From Mobula hypostoma (Eukaryota): a DNA stretch of 64,000 bases. Each line of letters opens with the position of its first letter. The stretch's first letter is position 1. The DNA lies in assembly GCF_963921235.1 (NCBI RefSeq), contig NC_086097.1, forward strand, positions 78,184,001 through 78,248,000. Direction: 5' to 3'. The notes under the pieces were generated by a model. It made no database searches and had not been told where the DNA came from. It saw only the letters and a program-made list of their open reading frames with translations. This document shows positions 41,250 through 51,779 of this stretch, piece by piece. Made by a program: the position numbers and the translations under genes.

Positions 41250-41545
41250 GATCCTCGACCCCTACAATCTTCACCATCCAGGATATGATCTCTTCTCATT
41301 ACTACCATCAGGGAGGAGATACAAGACCCTGAAGACCCACACTCAAAGATTCAGAAACGTCTTCCCCTCTGCCATCAGTTTTGTGAATGGTCCATGAACC
41401 CAAGACCACTACCTCATTATTCAATTTTTTGCATTGTTTAATTTGTAATTTATTGTAATTTCATGTAATTACATTGTACTGCTACTGCAAAACAACAAAT
41501 TCCACATTATATAAGTCGGTGATAATAAGTCTGATTCTGAACGTG
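41250..41545 (+). mobile_element. Rex1/Babar LINE 3' end
   Basis: HHPGYDLFSLLPSGRRYKTLKTHTQRFRN; tail 'gataataagtctgattctga'. Confidence 0.8.
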
Positions 41546-41851
41546 AATAAGTTACCCAAGAAATTTGTCAGTTGAAGGTCTCAAAGTCCTTTCCTTCCAG
41601 CCATTGCTCGCTATAATTTTACACTGGACAGATATATTTTAAAAGAGCTCATGTCTTCATTTTCTTGCTGTTATCCTTCTTGTCCAAATTTGGTCAGTTT
41701 GACATGCAAGACCAGAGCTTTCCCTCCTCTAGGTACTGGTCTAAGTTTTCCTGAACTGAATGCCTACTTCCCACAGTTACACATGGGAAAATCCGTACTA
41801 CACCTGTGCCAGCTTCAGTAAACCCATTCACCTCTTTGATTATCCATAAAT

Positions 41852-42380
41852 ATCAGAATCAGAATCAGGTTTATTATCACCGGAATATGTCGTGAAATTT
41901 GTTAACTTAGCAGTTCAATGTAGTACATAATATAGACTAGAGGAAAAAATAAATAAATAAATACATACATAAACAAATTACAGTATACATATATTGAATA
42001 GATTAGAAATTGTGCAAAAAAAACATTAATAATATATATTTTAAAAAATGAGGTAGTGTTCACAGGTTCAATATCCATTTAGGAATCGGATGGCAGAGGG
42101 GAAGAAGCTGTTCCTGAATCACTGAGTATGTGCCTTCAGGCTTCTGTACCTCCTACCTGATGGTAACAGTGAGAAAAGGGCATTTCCTGGGTGCTGAAGG
42201 TCCTTAATAATAGATGCTGCCTTTCTGAGACATCGCTCCTTGAAGATGTCCTGGGTACTTTGTAGGCTACTACCCAAGATGGAGCCGGCAAGATTTACAA
42301 CCCTCTGCAGCTTCTTTTGGACCTGTGCAGTAGCCACCCCCCCCCCCCCCGCCCCTCCATTCCAGACAGTGATGCAGAGA
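41852..42380 (-). mobile_element. Rex1/Babar LINE 3' end
   Basis: ORF 42119-42526: RCLRKAASIIKDLQHPGNALFSLLPSGRRYRSLKAHT; (GATTCT)n tail. Confidence 0.85.
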
Positions 42381-42549
42381 TATGTTACAAATAAGGTAAT
42401 TGTCTGCCATTTTTCTGAGACTACAAATATAACTTTGCCAGTTGTCAAACAGTTCAGCAACTCTGTAGGTAGATCTGCCACATGATGCCAGTAAAAGATA
42501 CCAGAAGAGCCTACACAGAGCATCATTGCCCAGATTCAGATTTAGATAT

Positions 42550-43409
42550 TGTTACGTACCCCGTAACTGGGTTGCCAAACCAGCAGAAATGGATCACTCA
42601 GTTGGAGTCTGGAGTACTAGAACTAAGAAAGTTTTATTAAGGAAACAAGCAACACAGTAATCGAAAGGATAATAAATGCAACAGTTCAGTGATGATAAAC
42701 ACACATGTGCACAGAATTAAGATAACAGCATCAATCAAGCTCTATCGTTGTCTAGGGGTAAATGACCAATTTCAAAATGACTCAAAGTTCAGTCCAGTTT
42801 AGTAGTTCAGTTCGCAGTAATCGTTGCCATGGCGGTGGACAACGTGGGGGAAGAGAGACATAGAATAGGAACAACTCATCATTCAGCACAGCTTCACTCA
42901 CAGACCAGCGAGATGGCTCACAAACAGCATTTGGGCGGGTCCTTGGTGATGTCACCTGAGGTCACCGACTGTGACCCCTCCTCCAGATGCGGTCGATCCT
43001 CTACAGTGAACCCGGCACCCAGGCAAGGGCGGACACACACCGGGTTCCCGCTGATCGTACCTTTCCACCCTTGTCGTTGTCTGGGACTTCTCACCCACTC
43101 GTGAGAAGCGCACCGCTTCCAGGGTCTCGTTACCTCGGGTGGCGTGTGTGTCTGTCTTAGCGAACCTGTCCCTTTTTATCCCCCTGCTGGGGTATCGCCT
43201 GTCCATCACTTCAAACAGTTCAGGGTTCAAAGGGGGGAGCCGCTCCAGACAGCTCTTCCTCCCACATCCCTTCATTACACATCTCCAGACGCTGCTCCAT
43301 TGTTCCTTATCTCTCCTTCCCCCGAGGGCAGGTGGCAGACCAACTGCTGATGCCACTGATGCTAGCCCAGGCCAGCAAACATCTTAATTTTATGTGTATT
43401 CTCGTAACA
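42550..43409 (-). repeat. 3' LTR (860 bp)
   Basis: Direct repeat of 46543-47402; differences seen at 43003/46996 (A/G) and 43323/47316 (C/T); minus-strand AATAAA near 42633-42638. Confidence 0.97.
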
Positions 43410-43422
43410 CTTCCCCCCTTTA
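43410..43422 (-). other. Polypurine tract (PPT)
   Basis: Minus strand AAAGGGGGGAAG abuts the 3' LTR. Confidence 0.9.
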
Positions 43423-43581
43423 AGGATTTTTACCGGGAGGTAAAAATTACAAACATGACTACATTATCTGATACATACACAATATACATCTTTAACAGTT
43501 ATTTAGCTAATACAGAGAATTTGAAGCTGTCAACACCTTGACAGACAGTCATCACATTTTCTGTTCCTTTTACACGTGTTA

Positions 43582-46443
43582 TTAATAATCCCTTAGACCA
43601 GGCTCCAACTCAGCAAACTTCATAGTGGCCAAAAACACTGATGAATTGCGACCAATGTAACCTCTCATTTGGTTTTGTCCCGGACCACAACAACAAGGGT
43701 CGTCCCATTCCGACTCAATTTTCTCTCGCAAGGGCTTAGTAGGAGGGGGACGGGTATTGACCGCAGAGTTATTGCAAAACTTCCTGCAGTACCCCACCAT
43801 CTCCAAAAGCCTTCTGAGGGCCCTCCTGTCTGTCGGGGTTGGGAGGTCAGCGATAGCCTGCACTGTAGCTTGCATCACTGCCAGCTGCCCCTGTGTCACC
43901 ACAATTCCCAGGTAAGTGACTCTCGTGTGGCCGAATTCATTTTTTTCAAGGTTCACTATCAAGCTGGCTTCAGACAGCCGTGTTAAATTGCCAATACACA
44001 CCTCTGTGTTCATCAGCCCTTTAGTCACTGAATTACTCGAAAAATATGGGTGTTGTTTACTTGGCCGCCCTATTGTAACCGACATAACCCAACGTCCCAG
44101 TTCTTTGCATTTCCTCGGGACAATCAAACACATGGGTGCGAGTCGTTTAATTACTCCTTCGGGGATTAAGGGAGAGACCTTATCAGTAGACCTGGCCAAA
44201 ACAATAGCCTTCTCCCATCTGACCGATCCCATCCTAATCTTTTCAAAATGGTTTTTTCCTCTTATCAAGGGGCCCCTAGCTTCATTGATTTCCACGCTAA
44301 CACCGACTAGGTTTGTTAGCATATCAAAAGCCGGTGACCGTCTCAGTTCGCGTCGGTCATGATCAATAACATTCTTCCCCCTGGGCAGCCGGTAAATCTC
44401 TTTCATGATTCCACCAACTGTTTCCTCCAGCACCGCAAAATGTCCACCGGGGGGTACCTCGTGGGCCATGTTAAAAACCTCATCCCCATAACTCTTTTGC
44501 ACCACCCCCCACTCCTCATCTGCGGATGCTGTACTTGATTTCCCTTTCTTCCTTAGCACCTCCTTATCCGCACAATAGCTTGTCAAGGCTGTGTCAGAGA
44601 GAGCGGTCTCGGCAAAAACCATCAGCCCCTCGTCTCGCTCCTGCGTCTGCACAAATTCTTTCCTGGCTACTGCTACGTCTGTCCCAGCTCCCTCACTACC
44701 TCCTATCTCACTACACCCTGTCTCATACAAGGTTGGCAGAAATGTTTCAGCCAAATTCACCATCGCGGGCGGGGCCTCCATGCTGGCAGGCTGACCCGTC
44801 AATCTCACGACTGGGAACACGATTCCTCCGGCGATGTCATTACCGAGCAAGACTTCCACGTCTTTCATCGGTAATTCGGGCCTCACCCCGATCGTGACTA
44901 GTCCAGAGACCAGGTTGCTCTGTAAATGTATCTGGTGCAAAGGGACTGACTCTGTCCCTTCCCCAACACCTTTGACCTCTACCTCCCCAGTCTGGGTCTC
45001 TGAGCTAAACTCTAATACACTCTTCAGTATTAGTGACTGACACGCTCCCGTGTCTCTCCAGATCCGCACTGGAACTGGTTTTAACCTCTTTTTCACTGAC
45101 ACCAGTCCGGCCGAGATAAACCTCTCGCGCCCTTCCTGGACTTTTTCAGACCTGTCCTTCCCTAGCGGTTCGCTTAACAGCTCGATACAGCCATTCAAAA
45201 TTTCCGCTTTTCCTTTCCCCGTCTCCTTCCTTGGGGCAAAGCACCTGGACGCAAAGTGTCCGACTTTCCCACAATTATAACAGACGACCCCAGGAGACTT
45301 CCTACCAGACTGCTCCCGGTCTACCTTATCCTTTTCACTAGTCCCCGGCTTACTTTCTGACTTTTCCGGTGGACTCTCCCCGCCGTCCTGACTACACTTC
45401 TGGTAGCCTTTACTCGGGGCAATCTTCATTTTATGCGTCAACGCATACTCATCCGCTAACTTAGCAGTTGCGGCTAACGTGGCTGCCTCTTTCTCATCGA
45501 GGTAGGGTCTCATACCCTCAGGGACACAACCTTTAAACTGCTCAATCAGAACCAGTTGCAGCAGTCTGTCATAATCCCCCTCTACCCCTTTCGAGGCGCA
45601 CCAACGCTCACAATATGTTTGCATCTCACGAGCAAACTCCAAATACGTGCGGTCCCACTGCTTCCTCGCATTCCGGAACCTCTGCTGGTATGCCTCCGGG
45701 ACCAACTCATAAGTCCTGAGGATGGCCTCCTTCACCACCTCATACTTCTGGGCATCTTCCGGGGATAAGGCGGAGTAAGCTTGTTGGGCCTTCCCTTTCA
45801 GTACACTCTGAAGTAAAACAACCCACTTATCCCTCGGCCAGTCCTGACTTATAGCTACTTTTTCGAAGTGGAGAAAGTACCGATCCACATCGGTATCGTC
45901 AAATGGGGGAACCAGCCTAACCTCCTGGGTCGCCCGGAACCCTCCACCTTGGTTCGGCACGAGCCCCTGCTCGGCCCTTATCTTTAACTTCTCCAGCTCA
46001 AATTCCCTTTCCCTCTGTTTCTCCTCTCTCTCCAACTGTCTGTCCCTCTCTCTCTCTTCTCTCTCCAACTGTCTTTCTCTCTCTTGCCTTTCTAACTCTT
46101 TCTCTCTCTCCCGCCTTTCTAACTCTCTCTCCTGCCTTTCTAACTGCTTCTCTTCGTGTTCTAACTGCCGTACCCGGAACTCGTGCTCGAGTCTCAGTTT
46201 TTCAAGCTGTACCTGTACCGCGTCTCCAGCAGGTTTTTCAATAGACACCACCCCCAGCTCACCTTGGGGAAACACACCTTTAGATACATAGTGCTCTACA
46301 ATAGCTCTGTGTATCTCCTCTCTCCTCATTGTCGACTTCACCTTAGCAAGATTCACCCGTTTGGCCACAGCTATCAATTCCGATTTCCTGGCATCCTCTA
46401 ATGCCTCCAAGGTCGGCGCCTTTATAAATTCCTCAACCTCCAT
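43582..46443 (-). CDS. 953-aa Gag-protease polyprotein (coiled coil, SCAN-like capsid, CCHC knuckle, aspartic protease) fused in frame to vestigial integrase and RT segments
   Basis: LVPPF...FEKVA...WP...LKGKAQQAY...YELVPEAY..RFR capsid; LIEQF (SCAN-like); CYNCGKVGHFASRC at 45241-45282; RDTGA at about 45046-45054 and LLGND; integrase remnant AHEVPPGGH precedes RT remnants PSKQHPY, LIVNLEKNEFG..VTYLG, LRRLLEMVGYCRKF. Confidence 0.93.
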   Translation of the reverse strand: MEVEEFIKAPTLEALEDARKSELIAVAKRVNLAKVKSTMRREEIHRAIVEHYVSKGVFPQGELGVVSIEKPAGDAVQVQLEKLRLEHEFRVRQLEHEEKQLERQERELERREREKELERQERERQLEREERERDRQLEREEKQREREFELEKLKIRAEQGLVPNQGGGFRATQEVRLVPPFDDTDVDRYFLHFEKVAISQDWPRDKWVVLLQSVLKGKAQQAYSALSPEDAQKYEVVKEAILRTYELVPEAYQQRFRNARKQWDRTYLEFAREMQTYCERWCASKGVEGDYDRLLQLVLIEQFKGCVPEGMRPYLDEKEAATLAATAKLADEYALTHKMKIAPSKGYQKCSQDGGESPPEKSESKPGTSEKDKVDREQSGRKSPGVVCYNCGKVGHFASRCFAPRKETGKGKAEILNGCIELLSEPLGKDRSEKVQEGRERFISAGLVSVKKRLKPVPVRIWRDTGACQSLILKSVLEFSSETQTGEVEVKGVGEGTESVPLHQIHLQSNLVSGLVTIGVRPELPMKDVEVLLGNDIAGGIVFPVVRLTGQPASMEAPPAMVNLAETFLPTLYETGCSEIGGSEGAGTDVAVARKEFVQTQERDEGLMVFAETALSDTALTSYCADKEVLRKKGKSSTASADEEWGVVQKSYGDEVFNMAHEVPPGGHFAVLEETVGGIMKEIYRLPRGKNVIDHDRRELRRSPAFDMLTNLVGVSVEINEARGPLIRGKNHFEKIRMGSVRWEKAIVLARSTDKVSPLIPEGVIKRLAPMCLIVPRKCKELGRWVMSVTIGRPSKQHPYFSSNSVTKGLMNTEVCIGNLTRLSEASLIVNLEKNEFGHTRVTYLGIVVTQGQLAVMQATVQAIADLPTPTDRRALRRLLEMVGYCRKFCNNSAVNTRPPPTKPLREKIESEWDDPCCCGPGQNQMRGYIGRNSSVFLATMKFAELEPGLRDY

Positions 46444-46513
46444 TTCTGCTGTTTGTCTTTTCTTTCTTTCGGGAATTTTAACCCAATCAATTTACTCCGT
46501 CCCAAATTTAGCG

Positions 46514-46538
46514 TTCAAAATCGCGGACGAGAACCCCA
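46514..46538 (-). other. Primer-binding site, tRNA-Pro-like (imperfect)
   Basis: Minus strand TGGGGTTCTCGTCCGCGATTTTGAAC, 4 nt from the 5' LTR, versus the tRNA-Pro complement TGGGGGCTCGTCCGGGATTTGAAC. Confidence 0.8.
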
Positions 46539-46542
46539 CTTA

Positions 46543-47402
46543 TGTTACGTACCCCGTAACTGGGTTGCCAAACCAGCAGAAATGGATCACTCAGTTGGAG
46601 TCTGGAGTACTAGAACTAAGAAAGTTTTATTAAGGAAACAAGCAACACAGTAATCGAAAGGATAATAAATGCAACAGTTCAGTGATGATAAACACACATG
46701 TGCACAGAATTAAGATAACAGCATCAATCAAGCTCTATCGTTGTCTAGGGGTAAATGACCAATTTCAAAATGACTCAAAGTTCAGTCCAGTTTAGTAGTT
46801 CAGTTCGCAGTAATCGTTGCCATGGCGGTGGACAACGTGGGGGAAGAGAGACATAGAATAGGAACAACTCATCATTCAGCACAGCTTCACTCACAGACCA
46901 GCGAGATGGCTCACAAACAGCATTTGGGCGGGTCCTTGGTGATGTCACCTGAGGTCACCGACTGTGACCCCTCCTCCAGATGCGGTCGATCCTCTGCAGT
47001 GAACCCGGCACCCAGGCAAGGGCGGACACACACCGGGTTCCCGCTGATCGTACCTTTCCACCCTTGTCGTTGTCTGGGACTTCTCACCCACTCGTGAGAA
47101 GCGCACCGCTTCCAGGGTCTCGTTACCTCGGGTGGCGTGTGTGTCTGTCTTAGCGAACCTGTCCCTTTTTATCCCCCTGCTGGGGTATCGCCTGTCCATC
47201 ACTTCAAACAGTTCAGGGTTCAAAGGGGGGAGCCGCTCCAGACAGCTCTTCCTCCCACATCCCTTCATTACACATCTCCAGACGCTGCTCCATTGTTCCT
47301 TATCTCTCCTTCCCCTGAGGGCAGGTGGCAGACCAACTGCTGATGCCACTGATGCTAGCCCAGGCCAGCAAACATCTTAATTTTATGTGTATTCTCGTAA
47401 CA
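46543..47402 (-). repeat. 5' LTR (860 bp)
   Basis: Direct repeat of 42550-43409, adjacent to the PBS. Confidence 0.97.
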
Positions 47403-48387
47403 ATATATATATCATATGTACATCAAAGCATACAGAGAAATCTGTTGTTTGCCGTAACTGCCATCACATCTAAGGATGAGCAGGAGCATCCCTCTTCAGC
47501 ACCAGCATAGCATGTCCACAATGCTGGCAGAACACCACCAGTGACAAAACAACAACAGCAAAATAAGCCCCATTCCTCCCTCATACCCACTCACCCAAGC
47601 GCCTACACAGTCCTCTAACCCAGGACAGGCCGTCTTCAGCTTTCAAACTGTTATCTTCTCTTATGTTCTGATTTGCAGCCTCAACTTCTGGACTTCAAAT
47701 TGGCCTTTGGGATTCAATCTGGACTTCTGATTGACCTTTGGGCTTGATCTTTGGTATTGACCCAGTACTTGCTGATGACGACGAATGAAGACCCTGGATG
47801 AGGACCTGAACTTTAGGCTCCAAACTCACCACTAGCCCACATTCTCGCTGGTCTGCTGACCCGACATCTGACCACATGTGCAGGGAGAAGGGATTAGGCA
47901 TCATTGGCTTAACCAGTTCAGCATAACATTATGGGCTGAAAGGTCTGTTCTTAAACTCTAGTGTTTTATGTAATGTATTTTCTCTCCACTAACCCATTCA
48001 TGTCTCTCCAAACAAATTTTTCTCAATCCCTAGATCCAAAATACAATGTAGGTTTTTCTTTTTGCTATGTGCTTTCTATACACTCACCTGCCCCGTCATG
48101 CATTTTACCTGTTCACTTGCCAACATTACAATCCAGCACCATAACACATAGATAAGCCTGTTCAGACTGCTTCTTTCACTAGGGTGTTGGCCTTCCTTCA
48201 TGCAGAACTGCTGTCATCCAGCACTGGTCTGTTCACTAAACAAACACAATCTCACACACACACACAAACAAACACACAAACTTCCTTGAACATGCCACAA
48301 CATTTGGCAAAGAGAGCAATCCACCCACGAGCAAGCACCTCTCCAGGGTTGGGCTCACAAGTGGAACTTGCTGCAGTATCAAAAAGC

Positions 48388-49947
48388 TGTCACAATGGGC
48401 GGGGGCTTTGGGAGCAAGGGTGGACCCAAATGCAAGACACATCTTGTGAGGTTAATTAAATTTAGTTTATCATTCAATACCAGGAGAGCAAGGCACGAGC
48501 AGGAAATAACAAACTGAACAAGGACTCAGGACTACGACTAGGCTGGGACTAAGGGTCTGGGCTTGGGCTGTGAATCGGCTCCCAGAACTAGAGGAGACAT
48601 GAAGAGGCTAGGGTATGGACTCCGAGCCAGAGACTGGGCAAGGACCCAGTACCTGGGTCTTGCCTCGGGCTTGGACCCCAGAACCAGGCAAGGCCATGAC
48701 ATGGGCTAGGGAGAGGAGGAACATGGGAACACAGAGCCTCGGTCTTGGGAGAGCAGGTACATGGGACCATAGGCACATACACAGAACAGAGAGCCGGGAC
48801 CCCTCCTTGGGTACAGGACATAGGACCGGAACTCACACACAGAACAGAGAGCCGGGACCCCTCCTTGGGTACAGGACATTGGGCCGGGACTCATGAATCT
48901 CCACGGGGCAACAGCAAGACGGCCTGACTTACCACACGGAGGCAAGGACAAGCCAAGACAAGACATGACTCCCCACGGGGCAACGGCAAGACGGCCAGAC
49001 TTACCCCCACGGAGGCAAGGACCAGTCAAGACAAGACATGACCTCCCCCGCGGAGCAATGGCAAGACGGCCTGACCTACCCCACGGGGGCGAGGACAAGA
49101 CAAGACAAGACCAACACAAATGGACACCAGACAGTACCTATCTAGCTCAGGTGATGGAACTAGACCAAAGTGCAGGCGGGGGCTGCAGACGAGGGCTAGA
49201 GGCGAGAGAGGCAGAGAAGGGATTCAGACGAGGGGATAGGACAGGAATCACAGACCGCCAGGGCCAGGACTTGGTGCTCGAATGCCGCCAGGGCCAGGAC
49301 TTGACTTGGTGCTCGAATGCCGCCAGGGTCAGGACTCGACTTGGTGCTTCAATGCCGCCAGGGTCAGGACTCGACTTGGTGCTTCAATGCCGCCAGGGCC
49401 AGGACTTGGACTTGGACGTCTTACTTGGATGCTGACAGGGCCAGGACTTGGACTTGGATGTGGTACTTGGATGCCGCCAGGGCCAGGACTTGACTTGGAT
49501 GTGGTACTCGGATGCCGCCGGAGCCAGAACGTGGTACTTGGAACCTCCGGGTAGTGGCGAGCTCTAGACTCAGCCCGGGAACAGTAGACAGCTGCTTCTG
49601 ATTCTCTCCAGCGGGTAACTGATGGACCCACCTTGATGAGGAAACTTTGCAGGCTCGCTTCAGCGAGGTAACTGGACTGGGTTGCTGTGGTGCGGAAGGG
49701 CGAATTTCCGGCACTCGCTTCGGCAGAGACTAGGCTTACACCGGCCAGATGACATTAGCACGCCTTGACTTTGCAGACGCTCCCGCTCCAGACGGCTGAT
49801 AGCCGGAGACTATAAACTACCGGTTCAGTCTAGTGTTAATTGTCTCTAATCACCAAAGTCGAGGGACACGGGAAAACAGGGAATCAACGGTCCGGATTGT
49901 AACATAAACAAGGTAAATTTAAAGGGACCCCAAACCGGACGATGACA
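48388..49947 (-). mobile_element. Solo LTR-like element (1,560 bp) of Sushi/Gypsy type with internal tandem arrays
   Basis: TGTCA...TGACA termini; AAAGC TSD at 48383-48387 and 49948-49952; 'ggtggacccaaatgca' also present in the LTR near 27397-27412. Confidence 0.85.
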
Positions 49948-51365
49948 AAAGCTGAAGTAAGTAGCATTTAAAGAGGAGAGAAGCATGCGTGAGAATATGA
50001 CCTGGCTACAGTGTGAAGAGGCTCATAATGAACATAAACACCAGTGAGAACCTGTTGAGTAGAATGACCGGCTTTGGTGCATAAAGTCCTATCTTAATGT
50101 AATCTGCTGCTGCTCCGGGAACAGCTCTTCTTAAGCTCTTTTTAGTCCTTATATGTAAGCATATCACCTCAGCAACATTAGAAATGATTTCACAAGACAT
50201 TGTAGATGCTGGAATATGAAGCAAAAACAACTGCTGGAAAAGCATAGCAAGGCAAACCGCATCCGAGGAGGGAAAGCAACAGTCGACATTTTGAGTCCAG
50301 AAGCGCCTTCTGGACTCACCTCAATTGAAACATAAACTTTTCTTTTCCTTTCAGAGACACTGATTCACCCACTGAGTCCCTGTCTATGTTGTGTTTTGCT
50401 GAAATAAGATTGGGTTCTATTTGCATTATATTAAGCTCTAGGTTTGTGTCTCACCACAATGATCTCCAATTGAGCAACTATTGCTCTGCTATCTGAGTGT
50501 TTCTTGGACAAGCAAAAACGTATAGCTCCAGAACCTTCTATAGCCAATAACATTCTCTCAAGATTACTCATACAAAATGAAGTTCAAAATGCAGTACAAA
50601 TTGGGAATTGGTCAGTGGGAATTTTCAGTAGAAGGCTTGGTCGATGGTGTTCTATCCCTAAATTAAGGAAGATCAGTAGATTAGTAAAAGGGTAATGGAA
50701 TGGTTTAGAGTTTGATGAGGAGGAACTGAATAAGAGAAAGCATTAAATGTGGAAAAACCAGATTAAATCAACAAGCCCAACCAAAATAACAACAGGATGG
50801 TGAGAGGAGAGCTAAAGAGAGGCTTGCGGGGATTACACAGACCTACAGAGCAGGTCTTAGCTCCTGCCCATCTTCAGAAGCACCTGAAATTGTGACACAG
50901 TGGAACGACTGCCGCAGTGCCAGAGACCTGGATTCAATGCTGACCTCAGACACCATCCATGAGTCTCCCTGTGACCACAAGTGTTTCCTCTAGGAAGTCC
51001 AACTCCTTCCCACGTTAGAATCAGATTCATTATCACTGTTACTTTGCTATAGCAATACAGTGCAAATATGTAAAATTTGTAAAAAAAAAATTACAGAAAT
51101 AAATAAATAATGCCAAAAAGTTAATGAGGTGGTATTCATGAATTCATGCACCGTTCAGAAATGTGATGGAGAAGACATGAAAGTCATGTCGGTAGGTCAA
51201 CTGGCCTCTGTAGATGGTCCCCAATGTGAAGTAATGATAGAAACAGGGAGAGGGGATTAACGAGAATGTGGGGAGAATAGGAATGGGATAAATGTACGAT
51301 GTTGATGGTCAGCACAGAATATATTGCCCAAAGGTTCTATTATGCATCTCTCCATGGTTTTAAAT

Positions 51366-51437
51366 CAGAAGTTCCCAACCTGGAATCCACGGACACCTCC
51401 GTTAATGGTAAGGATCAAAAAAGGTTGTGAACCCCAG
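51366..51437. mobile_element. Small hAT (Charlie-like) MITE remnant
   Basis: cagaagttcccaacct...aggttgtgaaccccag imperfect terminal inverted repeats; TSD not clear. Confidence 0.5.
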
Positions 51438-51779
51438 CCCCCTCACTTTAAATAGCCTTACTTGGATCTGACGAAGTCAATAGTTTGTGAGGGGAAGAGT
51501 TGGTGCAGAATGGGGAAAGGGAGACAAAAAATGAAATTTACAGGAAACAGAGGATTTACATTTGATGAACTGATTGCACTCATAAACAATATCAGTCCAG
51601 CTACCTATACATGATGACTATAGGGGAAACCCATGGTGTGAACTGGGGCATGATGTTAATGTTGATCAAGCAGAGTGGTGATGTTTCCTTTAGTCAGGCA
51701 AGCTGTAATTCACTGTTAAATCCATTGGTGAAGAGCAGGTATTTAACTGGGGGAGGGGTGTGATTATGCTGCGAACTGA

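Larger units (their letters stand above)
42550..47402 (-). mobile_element. Young Gmr1-like Ty3/Gypsy LTR retrotransposon, non-autonomous (4,853 bp)
   Basis: Two 860-bp LTRs with TGTTACG...CGTAACA ends; ATAT TSD at 42546-42549 and 47403-47406; PBS, PPT and a single 953-aa ORF. Confidence 0.97.

Noticed and set aside
42829..43387. ORFs of 68-134 aa, duplicated at 46822-47380
   Set aside because: They lie inside the LTRs, so duplication just reflects LTR identity; no domain recognised.
43582..46443. Domesticated Gag-derived host gene or endogenous retrovirus with env
   Set aside because: Near-identical LTRs, a TSD, PBS and PPT indicate a recent mobile copy; there is no env-like ORF and the motifs are Gypsy/Gmr1-type.
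49255..49545. Short repeats that superficially resemble a CRISPR array
   Set aside because: No unique spacers, no cas genes and a eukaryotic context; these are degenerate tandem repeats.
48588..49714. Multiple overlapping ORFs up to 180 aa
   Set aside because: They arise from GC-rich tandem arrays within the solo LTR.
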